Below, one piece after another: positions 10,028 through 19,493 of a stretch of DNA of 64,000 nt. The notes under the pieces are model-generated. The model did not search any database, was not told where the DNA came from, and was given only the letters and a program-made list of their open reading frames with translations. Origin of the DNA: Sedimentisphaerales bacterium. Its GTDB lineage: Bacteria; Planctomycetota; Phycisphaerae; Sedimentisphaerales; SM23-30. The stretch lies in the NCBI GenBank assembly GCA_963666285.1, contig OY762711.1. One strand, written 5' to 3'. Within the stretch, counting starts at the first letter, position 1. Every line of letters starts with the position of its first letter. The position numbers and the translations under genes are program-made.

Positions 10028-10972
10028 TTAGTTAATATGACTAAGGATAAGGTCAAGAATGGCATCTGCGTATAAAAGCTGACCGGATGCATTGATATGG
10101 ATATCATCTCTATAAAATGAGTTAACTGCCCCGTTATCATCTTTTAACAAAGAACTGAAGTCAAACTTTTCCACATTGTTTTCCTCAGCCCATCCGGCAA
10201 TTTCGAGAAATCCCTGGTCCGGCCCATTTATCAATTCGCTAATAGTCAAATGCTGAACCAGCATCAGGTCAACATTTTTACTTCTAAGAAGAGCCGTCAT
10301 TTGTTTGAAACAATTATGGTTCAATTTGACACATTCATCATAGTCTAACCTTTTCCCAGTTGTATCGAGTGCGGCAGCAGAGATTATCCCTGCCCTGCCA
10401 AGTAACTCGGTAGAGGCACATAACGGTTTGGATGAAGGGAAACTGGTACTGTTGCCGGCAAAAGAAACATTCGGCACATAATCACTGTAATCATGGCTGG
10501 ACATAACCCAAACAGCAATATCAGCGTCAAAAGTGCCAAAATGCCTGATATATTCAAGCTGGTTTTTAGGAGCCCATCCGCCGCAAGATATGTTAGCAAC
10601 AACTACCGGACGTCCGGTAATAGCAGATAATTTACTTTTGATAATTTCAGAGGCCAATTCACCCTGGTCGGTATGTACCCCGCCAGCAATTATACTATCA
10701 CCGATAAGCAAAACTCTTATCTCATTAGAATCAGGTTTATTGGCGGGAAATTCTTCAGATCTCATGCCATAGGAATTATAAAAATAATGATTATGAAGCT
10801 GAGTACCCGACTGAGAAGGTCTGGCCATATAACCAATAGCAGGATGGTCCATAATTAATATTGGATCACCAGCTCCGATAACAAACCTGGCGAATAATTC
10901 CGAACCAACAGCCAATAAAAACATCAAAGAGACGATTGCTAATAATTTATTCCGCTTAAAAAGATTTTTCAT
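10028..10972 (-). CDS. SGNH/GDSL hydrolase family protein with N-terminal membrane anchor
   Basis: IGDS block I, DDIHIN block V, NSYGMR motif. Likely start MKNLF at 10972. Confidence 0.82.
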   Translation of the reverse strand: MKNLFKRNKLLAIVSLMFLLAVGSELFARFVIGAGDPILIMDHPAIGYMARPSQSGTQLHNHYFYNSYGMRSEEFPANKPDSNEIRVLLIGDSIIAGGVHTDQGELASEIIKSKLSAITGRPVVVANISCGGWAPKNQLEYIRHFGTFDADIAVWVMSSHDYSDYVPNVSFAGNSTSFPSSKPLCASTELLGRAGIISAAALDTTGKRLDYDECVKLNHNCFKQMTALLRSKNVDLMLVQHLTISELINGPDQGFLEIAGWAEENNVEKFDFSSLLKDDNGAVNSFYRDDIHINASGQLLYADAILDLILSHIN

Positions 10973-11216
10973 TACCGATTTTCCCGTACTGAGCTGCCCA
11001 TCAACAGCACAGAACAAAATCATATTGAAAAACCACAACTCTATAATGAAGTGTCGTATTTAAAATGGCTTAAGTCAAGGTCCTATAAGCAAAATATAGC
11101 TAATATCAGTATTATTAAAGCGGAATAAAACTAACAAATAGAAAAAGCAGGAAATGTCCGTCAGAAGTGGTACTGCCAGAATAAACAGAAAAAAACGGCC
11201 ATATCAGTATTGATAT

Positions 11217-11251
11217 AAAAAAGCCTCACGGGAAGAACCCCCGCGAGGCTT
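11217..11251 (-). terminator. Intrinsic terminator after the peroxiredoxin gene
   Basis: Minus strand AAGCCTCGCGGG...CCCGTGAGGCTTTTTT. Confidence 0.7.
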
Positions 11252-11372
11252 GCAGTCAGGAGGAAATCAAATTTGTTCATCAAGTTATTGAAATAGTACC
11301 AAATGCACAAAAACTGATTAAATCTGTTCGCTTTTGCGAACGAATGTTTAGAAAATTTTGTTATTAGTCATT

Positions 11373-11960
11373 TTAGGAAGCGTCTTTGAAAAACTCTTTG
11401 AGCCCTTCATCGTCAGCTTTCATAGATTTATCGCCCTTACTCCAGTTAGCCGGGCAAACTTCGCCATTAGCTTCAAAGAACTGGAGAGCATCAACCATAC
11501 GTATAGCTTCGTCAACATTTCTGCCAAGAGGAAGGTTGTTAACTACCTGATGCTGGACAACACCATCTTTGTCGATTAGGAAGAACCCGCGAAGAGCGAC
11601 GCCGGCATCTTCCAGAAGGACATCATACTCTTTAGAGATGTTTTTAGTGATGTCAGCAACGATCGGATATTTAACACCTTCGATACCACCTTGCTTTTTA
11701 GGAGTATTCAACCAGGCGAAGTGCGAATAGTGAGAGTCAACACTTACGCCAATAACTTCAACATTTCTTTTTTCAAATTCCGCATATTTATCCTGAAAGG
11801 CATGAAGCTCAGTCGGGCAAACAAAAGTAAAGTCAAGCGGGTAGAAGAACAAAGCAACATATTTCCCTTTATAATCAGACAGTTTCAAAGTTTTGAATTG
11901 ACCATCAACAACCGCTTGTGCTTCGAAATCAGGTGCAGGTTTATTAACCAATACGCTCAT
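11373..11960 (-). CDS. ahpC: 2-Cys peroxiredoxin (AhpC/TSA)
   Basis: [13 protein letters not shown] and GEVCPANW motifs. Confidence 0.95.
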   Translation of the reverse strand: MSVLVNKPAPDFEAQAVVDGQFKTLKLSDYKGKYVALFFYPLDFTFVCPTELHAFQDKYAEFEKRNVEVIGVSVDSHYSHFAWLNTPKKQGGIEGVKYPIVADITKNISKEYDVLLEDAGVALRGFFLIDKDGVVQHQVVNNLPLGRNVDEAIRMVDALQFFEANGEVCPANWSKGDKSMKADDEGLKEFFKDAS

Positions 11961-12194
11961 AATTAATCTCCATTTTTAATTTAGTAGTTTAGTTTTATAT
12001 ATTCCTATATTCCATTCACTTATCAAGCGATTATAGAAGGCTTAAAAATGGATAGTCAAAAATATAGCAATAATTTTGAAGATTTTTATGAGCCTGGCCA
12101 ACGATACCATAATGTCCCATAAATTTAGCATTTACAGGGCATTAAAATATAATTACTGCTCAAATACATTATCAGCTATGGTATTGATAATTGA

Positions 12195-13610
12195 TTAGTC
12201 TTTGATATTTAGTGGATCGTTCATTTTCAGACACAGTTCGGTGAGGGCTTTGGTCATATCTTTAAGTCTGTCTGAGCAATCCGGGTTAGCGGCGAGATCT
12301 TTCATTTCCTGCGGATCATCGTACAGATTGTATAGCCGTTTGACTTTAATGCCGGGGTAGTATATCAACTTCCAGCCATCACGGACAACCATTCGCTGGC
12401 GGTTCATATATGCACCGTAAATTTCCTTGTAATGACTCTTTGTTTCGCCGCGAATTAACGGCATAAGACTTTGGAAACTAACCTGGTCTGCGGAAGCCCC
12501 GGCAAGATCCAGGACAGTTGCCATAGCATCCTGCAGATATATAGGAGTGTCGATTGTTGTGCCGGGTTTGAGTTTCGGACCAACGATGAGAAATGGCACC
12601 CGCATGCTGTGCTCGTACATATTCTGCTTGCCGCATAAGCCGTGGTGGCCGACAGCGAGGCCATGATCAGCGGTAAAGAAAATATAAGTATTGTCAGCTT
12701 TACCGGATTTCTCCAGGGCATCAAGGATACGCCCGATCTGAGTATCAGTATGAGTTATCAGGGCGTAATATTCCTGACGATTGACCTTGACCGCATATTC
12801 AGTCCTGGGGTACGGCATAAGTGTTTCATCGCGTAAGTCTTTGCCACAAATCGCTTCTGCATATGGATACTCAGGTAGAAAGTTTTGCGGAAGCTGCACA
12901 CGTTCGAGCGGATACATGTCAACATATTGCTGAGGCGACTGCCGCGGGTCGTGAGGAGCATTAAAGGCCAGGTACATAAAGAAAGGATCGTCCTGAGCTG
13001 ATGCCTGCTCGATGAACTCAATGCCATCGTCGGCAAGTACCTCACTCCAATGTTTGCCGCCCTTCCAATACCCTTCATTTTTAGTATCCCACGGTTTCCA
13101 TCCGGCCTCATAATCTTCCAGGTCCTTTGGTCGGTTATATCCCTGCGGGGTCTGATTGGGCATACCCGGTCGTTCATGCTTTACGGTATCAAAAACATTA
13201 TTTACTTTAGTAAAAACATGCCATTTGCCGCTCATGTACGTATGATAGCCAGCATCTTTCATTCGCTGGGACCACATACGTTTATTTTTAACGTGTTTGC
13301 CCAAATTGGCAGCTTTGGCATCCCAAACGAAATACCCGGTATTGAGCATTTTGCGACTGGCAACACAAACAGCCCCACCCCAGGCGCCCATATTATATGA
13401 ATGTGAGAAAGTAACACCCCGTTCTGCCAGTTTGTCAAGGTTGGGAGTATCGATGTCGAGATGGTTGAACGCACCGATAGTTTCATAGCTCAGATCATCG
13501 GCAAAGATGAACAATATGTTTGGCTTTTTGCCGACAGTATCAGCATGCAGTAAATTTGTCAGAATTGATAAGCAAATAACAGTTAAAGTGATTAATCTCA
13601 CAGGTTTCAT
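12195..13610 (-). CDS. Secreted arylsulfatase / choline-sulfatase-like hydrolase
   Basis: Signal peptide, KPNILFIFADD, CVASR formylglycine motif variant, GKWH, PHDP, ADHG. Confidence 0.92.
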   Translation of the reverse strand: MKPVRLITLTVICLSILTNLLHADTVGKKPNILFIFADDLSYETIGAFNHLDIDTPNLDKLAERGVTFSHSYNMGAWGGAVCVASRKMLNTGYFVWDAKAANLGKHVKNKRMWSQRMKDAGYHTYMSGKWHVFTKVNNVFDTVKHERPGMPNQTPQGYNRPKDLEDYEAGWKPWDTKNEGYWKGGKHWSEVLADDGIEFIEQASAQDDPFFMYLAFNAPHDPRQSPQQYVDMYPLERVQLPQNFLPEYPYAEAICGKDLRDETLMPYPRTEYAVKVNRQEYYALITHTDTQIGRILDALEKSGKADNTYIFFTADHGLAVGHHGLCGKQNMYEHSMRVPFLIVGPKLKPGTTIDTPIYLQDAMATVLDLAGASADQVSFQSLMPLIRGETKSHYKEIYGAYMNRQRMVVRDGWKLIYYPGIKVKRLYNLYDDPQEMKDLAANPDCSDRLKDMTKALTELCLKMNDPLNIKD

Positions 13611-13664
13611 AATATAAACAACCTTTAAAACAGTCTAAACAGGAACATTAAAAACTAAAGTGTA

Positions 13665-14363
13665 CTAATTAGCTCCACCAGAGCTAAACAGGAAAAAGAA
13701 TACATCAAAATAGACCATATGTGCCTGGCCAAAAAGATCATTCAGTTTCGGATCGATCTGCTTGAGTATTTTATCATGAGTTTCCTGGTCCATGCCTTTT
13801 AGAGCCTCACGGGTATAATTAAATAGATCCTGATTATTATCGCCGCTATTATTCATATCCCGAATTCTCTTTATGACATCTTCCGGAATAATTTTTGAAG
13901 GATTGCCGGCTTCCACTTCTGAAACAACAACGCCGGAAACCAGTTTATTGATATAAGAATATTCATCAAAAGACATTTTATTGTTTTCAAGCTGACTAAT
14001 CAATGTATCAAATACCCTGGTACTTGACCCGGCAATAGTATCAGACATTTTCATCAAATCGCTAAAGCCAAAATCGCCATCAGCAAACAAATTATAAAGC
14101 TCAGTCTGGGTAAGAGTTTCATTTGCCGCATTTCTGACGGAAGAATAAATATCAAAACGAGTCGGCTCAAGAATGAACCCTTCCGGCTGAGTAAAGGAAT
14201 AAGCCAGATTCAGCCTTTCAGCTTCCTGCTTGACATGCAAAGTCAGTTTTTCCATTTCCTTAGCCATGGTAACAAAGTTTTTTGCAACCTTTCCAATGAA
14301 AAATACGACACCACCAACGAGAACAATAAAAATGATAATTGAGATAAGACAACCTTTTTTCAT
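13665..14363 (-). CDS. Hypothetical membrane-anchored protein
   Basis: 232-aa ORF with MKKGC + hydrophobic N-terminus; GAAAGGGA RBS. Confidence 0.7.
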   Translation of the reverse strand: MKKGCLISIIIFIVLVGGVVFFIGKVAKNFVTMAKEMEKLTLHVKQEAERLNLAYSFTQPEGFILEPTRFDIYSSVRNAANETLTQTELYNLFADGDFGFSDLMKMSDTIAGSSTRVFDTLISQLENNKMSFDEYSYINKLVSGVVVSEVEAGNPSKIIPEDVIKRIRDMNNSGDNNQDLFNYTREALKGMDQETHDKILKQIDPKLNDLFGQAHMVYFDVFFFLFSSGGAN

Positions 14364-14568
14364 AATAAATCCCTTTCAAAATAAAGCATAAGTCTATGTT
14401 TACCAAGTAAATAAATTTTAAATACAATTTAATATTCAACCAAATCAAGCTTTCTAAAAAGATTATACATATTTTTAGTAATAACACCAGAAATGGTTAC
14501 AAAAAATGTAAAGCCAGCGGAAAATACAAACTTAATTGAACCAACTTGCGGCATAAGCAAATAGAACA

Positions 14569-14597
14569 TTGACAGTGGAATTGCAGTTACCTATCAT
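14569..14597 (+). promoter_or_regulatory. Sigma70-like promoter
   Basis: TTGACA-17-TATCAT upstream of the DUF1080 gene. Confidence 0.65.
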
Positions 14598-14673
14598 AGG
14601 TATGCTTAGAGCAAGTTATGAAAGATCGGATTTGCCTGATCGTCATTAAAATCATCAAGAAAAGGAAATAATT

Positions 14674-15360
14674 ATGAAAAAGATCATTGTCTGTATTCTG
14701 GCGTTATTTATGTCATCGTGCCAAATGAGCCAGCAAAGTAAAACTGCAAGTTTATTTAACGGCAAGGATTTAGACGGCTGGCATGCGGATGTGCCCGAGA
14801 TGGATAAAAATCCTGATGCCAGAAACCCGTTTGTTGTGCGTGATGGAATGCTTGTGAGCCTGGGCAGCCCTGGCGGGCATTTGATAACAGATGCGGTTTA
14901 TGAGAATTATCAGCTGGAAGTGGAATATCGTTTTTCCGCCAAGCCGGGCAACTGCGGAGTGCTGGTGCACAGCTCTACCCCGCGCAGGCTATACGGGATG
15001 TTTCCCCAGTCGCTGGAGGTGCAGATGCAGAGTAAGGATGCCGGGGATTTCTGGTGTATAGGTGAGGATATAACCGTAGAGAATATGGTAGAACGTCGCG
15101 GACCGAAAGAAAAATGGGGTACAGACGGCGCTAAGCTTCGCCGGATAATTAACCTTACTGACGGTTCAGAAAAGCCGGTTGGTGAATGGAATACCATGCT
15201 GATAAAATGCCTGGGAGATAAGATCAAGGTGTGGGTAAACGGCGACCTTGTAAATTACGGCTGGGACTGTACCACAAGCAAAGGTCAGATAGCGATCCAG
15301 GCAGAAGGTTCTGAAGTAGAATTCAGGAAGCTGGAATTGACACCAATAACCGAGCTATAA
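14674..15360 (+). CDS. DUF1080 (3-keto-disaccharide hydrolase-like) lipoprotein
   Basis: Lipobox-like MSSC; SLFNGKDLDGW, GEWNT, GQIAIQAEG..FRKL motifs. Confidence 0.9.
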   Translation: MKKIIVCILALFMSSCQMSQQSKTASLFNGKDLDGWHADVPEMDKNPDARNPFVVRDGMLVSLGSPGGHLITDAVYENYQLEVEYRFSAKPGNCGVLVHSSTPRRLYGMFPQSLEVQMQSKDAGDFWCIGEDITVENMVERRGPKEKWGTDGAKLRRIINLTDGSEKPVGEWNTMLIKCLGDKIKVWVNGDLVNYGWDCTTSKGQIAIQAEGSEVEFRKLELTPITEL

Positions 15361-15434
15361 ACAGAATAAGCTGGACTTATCAGTTCAGTAATGCAGGTTT
15401 TAAAAGAAAACAGGCTCGTTTGAATGGTATACTG

Positions 15435-16961
15435 CTATTCGAACGGGCCTATATTTATTTTATCGCCAACAGGTTTGCCGGTGTAGTCTTTGCCCTCATT
15501 ATTGGTAACTTTTGTTCCGGCATCAATACAGGGAGAGTCCGGGGCGAGTTTGAAGGCGTCGAGATTCCATTTACCATTTATTTTTTTGACGGCATCGACG
15601 AATTTCGGATCTGACAGGATTGCCTTTTGGTCATCGGGCAGGTTTTCAAACTCACCAGAATACAGATTATTGATAAAGTTATTTTCAGACGATTCTTTCC
15701 AGACGAAATCATGCTTTTGGTCAGCTACAATTATATTGTTGGCAAAAAATGTATCCTGAGGGAACGGTCCGCCCCAGTTGTCCATCTCGATAATGGTGCG
15801 ATCAATTTTATCGTTTGGCTTTTTAGGGATATAAATCAGATTGTTGTATATCCTGGTTCTTTTCACAGGCCCTGAGATATGGAAAATGGGCGAGAACCCG
15901 GCGGCATAGCCGACGTCACGCAGGCCATCGTTTAAGCTTATATTGTACCGGACAATAGTGTCATTATTGATAGCAGACCGCCTGTCGGCAGCTCCGTTAC
16001 AGCATATCAACAGAAACCCACCTTCGTTATCGTGGCTGAAATTGTACTGTATAATTGTGCCGTTACAGTTCCAGTCGGAATCGAAACCCTGCCCGTCCCA
16101 GCAAGCCTTATGGTCGGACACTTCATTATACTGGATGACGGTATTATCAGAAGACCAGGGCCATATGCCGGCGGCAGCATCGCCTTTTTTGAGCATACGA
16201 GGACAGTCTTTCATAACGTTATGTTCGATAAGGGCACCATCGCAGCCGATCGGGACAATGCCATCACCGGGTATGCCGATGAGGGTGTTATTACGAACGA
16301 TAACGTTCAGGCTTGGATACCAGTCTCTGCGGTTGGTATAGCCGTCTGAATTTATGCCGTTGCGGGTACAGTCTTTGAGCAGGCAGTTTTCGATGATGAG
16401 TCCGTCGAAACGCGATTTGACCTTGCGGCCGCCGTTCTGCCAGATAATTGCAGAGCCTCCGCCTTCGGCTTTGATAATACTGCCGTTGACATCGTGGATA
16501 AAGAGATTGCTGACCGTTATGCCTTTGGCGGTGCCATAGTCGTTGATCCGGATTTTCAGGCCGCGACGCCTGGGTTTCGGTTCTGGTCCGGTATTGGTGA
16601 TTTCCAGACCGTCAAGATGCAGGTATCCGGTATTATAGATAAGGACGGTTTCTTCGAACAGGCCCTGTCCGTTGAATTGAGGCTTTGAGGAATCCTCAGG
16701 TCCATAGGACCCGATATAGACAGGAGCATCCTGGGAACCCTGGCCTTGAGGGGCAAAATGGCCGTTGTATACACTGCCGGTTTTGAAAAACATTTTGTCG
16801 CCGGGAGCAAGGATGATGCTATTGGCTTTTTCCAGAGACTGCATAGGCATATCGACAGTCCCCGGGTTGGAATCAAGTCCGTTCCGGCTGCAGAAATGAT
16901 AGTCGCGGGCATAGAGAGTAAGCGAAACATATAGAATTATGATAGTAATTTTTCTTTTCAT
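15435..16961 (-). CDS. Right-handed parallel beta-helix secreted protein (pectin lyase-like fold)
   Basis: Repeated IxN/GxxI strands, DGQGFDSD, C-terminal SPCIDAG..IGPFE. GGAG RBS before ATG 16961. Confidence 0.85.
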   Translation of the reverse strand: MKRKITIIILYVSLTLYARDYHFCSRNGLDSNPGTVDMPMQSLEKANSIILAPGDKMFFKTGSVYNGHFAPQGQGSQDAPVYIGSYGPEDSSKPQFNGQGLFEETVLIYNTGYLHLDGLEITNTGPEPKPRRRGLKIRINDYGTAKGITVSNLFIHDVNGSIIKAEGGGSAIIWQNGGRKVKSRFDGLIIENCLLKDCTRNGINSDGYTNRRDWYPSLNVIVRNNTLIGIPGDGIVPIGCDGALIEHNVMKDCPRMLKKGDAAAGIWPWSSDNTVIQYNEVSDHKACWDGQGFDSDWNCNGTIIQYNFSHDNEGGFLLICCNGAADRRSAINNDTIVRYNISLNDGLRDVGYAAGFSPIFHISGPVKRTRIYNNLIYIPKKPNDKIDRTIIEMDNWGGPFPQDTFFANNIIVADQKHDFVWKESSENNFINNLYSGEFENLPDDQKAILSDPKFVDAVKKINGKWNLDAFKLAPDSPCIDAGTKVTNNEGKDYTGKPVGDKINIGPFE

Positions 16962-17047
16962 AGCTGCTCCTGTCAAAAACTTCAATTCAATATCAAGTGT
17001 TTCCATTATTGTAAGACAATGAAGTCAAATAATTAAGCAAAAAACAG

Positions 17048-18376
17048 CTATTTAGTTACTGCCTGTGCCAGCTTTCTTTGCGGGTTATGGACGGTTAAAG
17101 CTGGGATAATACATAATACCGGAATGATAATTGAAATAATAGTAACGGTTTTGAAACTACCGGTAAGATCTTTAAGAAAGCTGAACGCAATAGGAGCAAT
17201 AGAGCTGGCAAATACCAGAATAGACATAGTAAGCCCACTGATAGAGCCAAGGTGTTTACGGCCATAATACCTGGGCCAAACAACCGTAAGCATAATTCCG
17301 AAGAGAGCTCCAGAAATAGAATATCCGGCAATAAAGAAATTACGGAAAAGATCAGCTGAAAAATTGAATAACCCCAGAGCCAAAACAATCTGGCCGAGAA
17401 CCATAACCAGCAACAGCCATTTCAGCCTAATGCGGTCACTGAGTCTTCCGCCAATAAAAACAGTACAAGCACTAACAATAGCAATTGGCGTAAAAACCGA
17501 AAGACTATGCTCGCGGTCGATACCAAACTGCTCGCCAATGGAAGTCATATGAAACGAAACAGCCGTCATAATAAATGACTGCCAGCCGGTAACAAAAGCA
17601 TATATCCAAAACTCTTTAGTCCTGAGAGCTTCAGACCTAGTAAACTCTTTCACCGTTTCAGGCAGGTTAGAACGAGACATTTTTTTGCTATCGAAATTCG
17701 CTACCCCATCCATTACCAATCCACATTGTTCGGGATTGTCGCGGTAGAAAGTCCACCCGACAGCCGCCATTCCCAGCCCCATAAACAGCGCCAGAAGCCA
17801 ATAGGCCTGCTGCCAGCCAACACCTACAACTAAATAATTGAGCATAGCGGGCGAACCATTGAAAGCTGCGGCTACAAGTATGCTGGAAATGCCTGATGCC
17901 AGACCTCGCCGATGGTTAAACCATTTGCCGACAGTAATCCTGGAAACAAGAGTAAGGCACCCCTGTCCAAAAAAACGAATAATAAGAAACAAGACCGCCG
18001 CAACGATAAGAACAAGAGTCTGGTTATTGAGTAATTTTGCAAACCAGGGAGCACAAGACAATAGGCACAGCCCCCCAGCAAGCCCAAGAGAACTGATAAC
18101 GACAAAAATTCGCGACCCGAGACGGTCTATGTATGAACCGGCAAAAGGCAGGATAAAGCTGCTGGTAAGAGTACCAAACATATATGCCAGACTAAGTTGA
18201 GTGCGTGAAAGAGAATATGCGGCTATAAGGCTATCAGTAAAAGCACTCACTCCGATAGTCTGGCCAGGTATGCTGGCAACCATCCCAATTGTAGTAACAG
18301 CGACAATAACCCATCCGTAAAAAAAAGGAAACTTTTGGGGTGAAAAAGGTATGTCGGCCCAGTTGTTTTTGTTCAT
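17048..18376 (-). CDS. MFS transporter (OFA-like)
   Basis: FFYGWVIV, GSYIDRLGSR, GRLSDR, YYGRKHLG motifs; about 12 TM. Start reset to 18376. Confidence 0.9.
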   Translation of the reverse strand: MNKNNWADIPFSPQKFPFFYGWVIVAVTTIGMVASIPGQTIGVSAFTDSLIAAYSLSRTQLSLAYMFGTLTSSFILPFAGSYIDRLGSRIFVVISSLGLAGGLCLLSCAPWFAKLLNNQTLVLIVAAVLFLIIRFFGQGCLTLVSRITVGKWFNHRRGLASGISSILVAAAFNGSPAMLNYLVVGVGWQQAYWLLALFMGLGMAAVGWTFYRDNPEQCGLVMDGVANFDSKKMSRSNLPETVKEFTRSEALRTKEFWIYAFVTGWQSFIMTAVSFHMTSIGEQFGIDREHSLSVFTPIAIVSACTVFIGGRLSDRIRLKWLLLVMVLGQIVLALGLFNFSADLFRNFFIAGYSISGALFGIMLTVVWPRYYGRKHLGSISGLTMSILVFASSIAPIAFSFLKDLTGSFKTVTIISIIIPVLCIIPALTVHNPQRKLAQAVTK

Positions 18377-18400
18377 AATAAATATACGTTTTCCATAAGT

Positions 18401-18462
18401 ACGGTTTAGCTTCGCATCATATACATGAGAAACTTTTGACAGTTCAACATTACACACAAAGG
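18401..18462 (+). repeat. Modular intergenic repeat, copy 3 (module A)
   Basis: ACGGTTTAGCTTCGCATCATATACATG..ACTTTTGAC.GTTCAACATTACAC.CAAAGG is nearly identical to 36105-36167. Confidence 0.88.
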
Positions 18463-18553
18463 TCTTTGCAAGGCTTTGTGAATAAAAGCAAACGTCATAT
18501 TATAGCTGGAGAAATAAAGATATAACAGCGTATTTATCCGAATATCAAAACCA

Positions 18554-18592
18554 TGGCAAAAAGTTGCCAAATGCGCAACCATGTGATATAAT
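18554..18592 (+). promoter_or_regulatory. Strong sigma70-like promoter with an inverted repeat overlapping the -35 box
   Basis: TTGCCA-17-TATAAT with extended -10 TG; TGGCAA-N4-TTGCCA palindrome at 18554-18569. Confidence 0.65.
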
Positions 18593-18670
18593 ATATATGA
18601 GAGACATATGGTATATTAGTGTACAAAAAGGCTAATTGCTTTGATACTAATATTTTACGAAGGGTAAGCT

Positions 18671-18970
18671 ATGGCAAAACAAGAACTTGGCAGAATTGTT
18701 AAGCGATACATAGAACAAGGTATGACAACAATTGATACAGCCACATATGTGCTAAAGCAAAACAGGAATTTACGAACAACTTGTAACCTAACATGTGTCG
18801 CTAATATAAGTAAACACTTGAGCATACTGGTCTATTTTGACAAAGCTATTGAAAAACCTGCGTTTTCATTGGATTTTGGGTCAATAATAAACCAGATTGA
18901 AACCAGTATTTATCAGGTTCAATGTTCAACAATGAGTTTATCAGAAAACTGCCTCTCAGAAAATAAATAA
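18671..18970 (+). CDS. Small hypothetical protein
   Basis: 99 aa, GAAGGG RBS, downstream of the promoter, ends 15 nt before the HTH gene. Confidence 0.55.
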   Translation: MAKQELGRIVKRYIEQGMTTIDTATYVLKQNRNLRTTCNLTCVANISKHLSILVYFDKAIEKPAFSLDFGSIINQIETSIYQVQCSTMSLSENCLSENK

Positions 18971-18985
18971 TACAGGAGAGTTATC

Positions 18986-19333
18986 ATGGCAGAAAAAAAC
19001 AATGTATTATTAAAAGCTACCCAGGATATAGTCCTTGAGCTTAAAAAAAGGAATATACCGCAGATTGAAATTGCGCGCATAACCGAAAAGAATAAGGGTA
19101 CTATTTCTAAAATTTTTAACGGTAAGTATGCATTTACACTGGATGATTTATCTGCAATATCATGCGAATTACACATACCCGTAATTTCACATATTTCAAA
19201 ACATGTATACAGTAATCTTACCCCATATCTAAAGAAGCTGCTAAAGGCCCTGGAACAAGCAGATGAAACATTTGCCAGCACCATGGAAGAACTGGATGCC
19301 ATAAAAAAAGAAGCCGGGAAAGCGGCATCGTAG
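18986..19333 (+). CDS. XRE/Cro-C1 family HTH transcriptional regulator
   Basis: IPQIEIARITEKNKGTISKIFNGK...TLDDLSAI pattern; AGGAGA RBS. Confidence 0.8.
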   Translation: MAEKNNVLLKATQDIVLELKKRNIPQIEIARITEKNKGTISKIFNGKYAFTLDDLSAISCELHIPVISHISKHVYSNLTPYLKKLLKALEQADETFASTMEELDAIKKEAGKAAS

Positions 19334-19493
19334 TTAGATATATCAAATAAAGCACACAAATATTTTCACATGGAAACTCTTATCCATCGGTCGCACGATC
19401 TATATACCAATAGCTGCACGCTTATCTATTGAAACATATCGATTCTATATGTTTTACCTGAAACTGGTGAAGTAGTAATACTAGAGCAATAAA

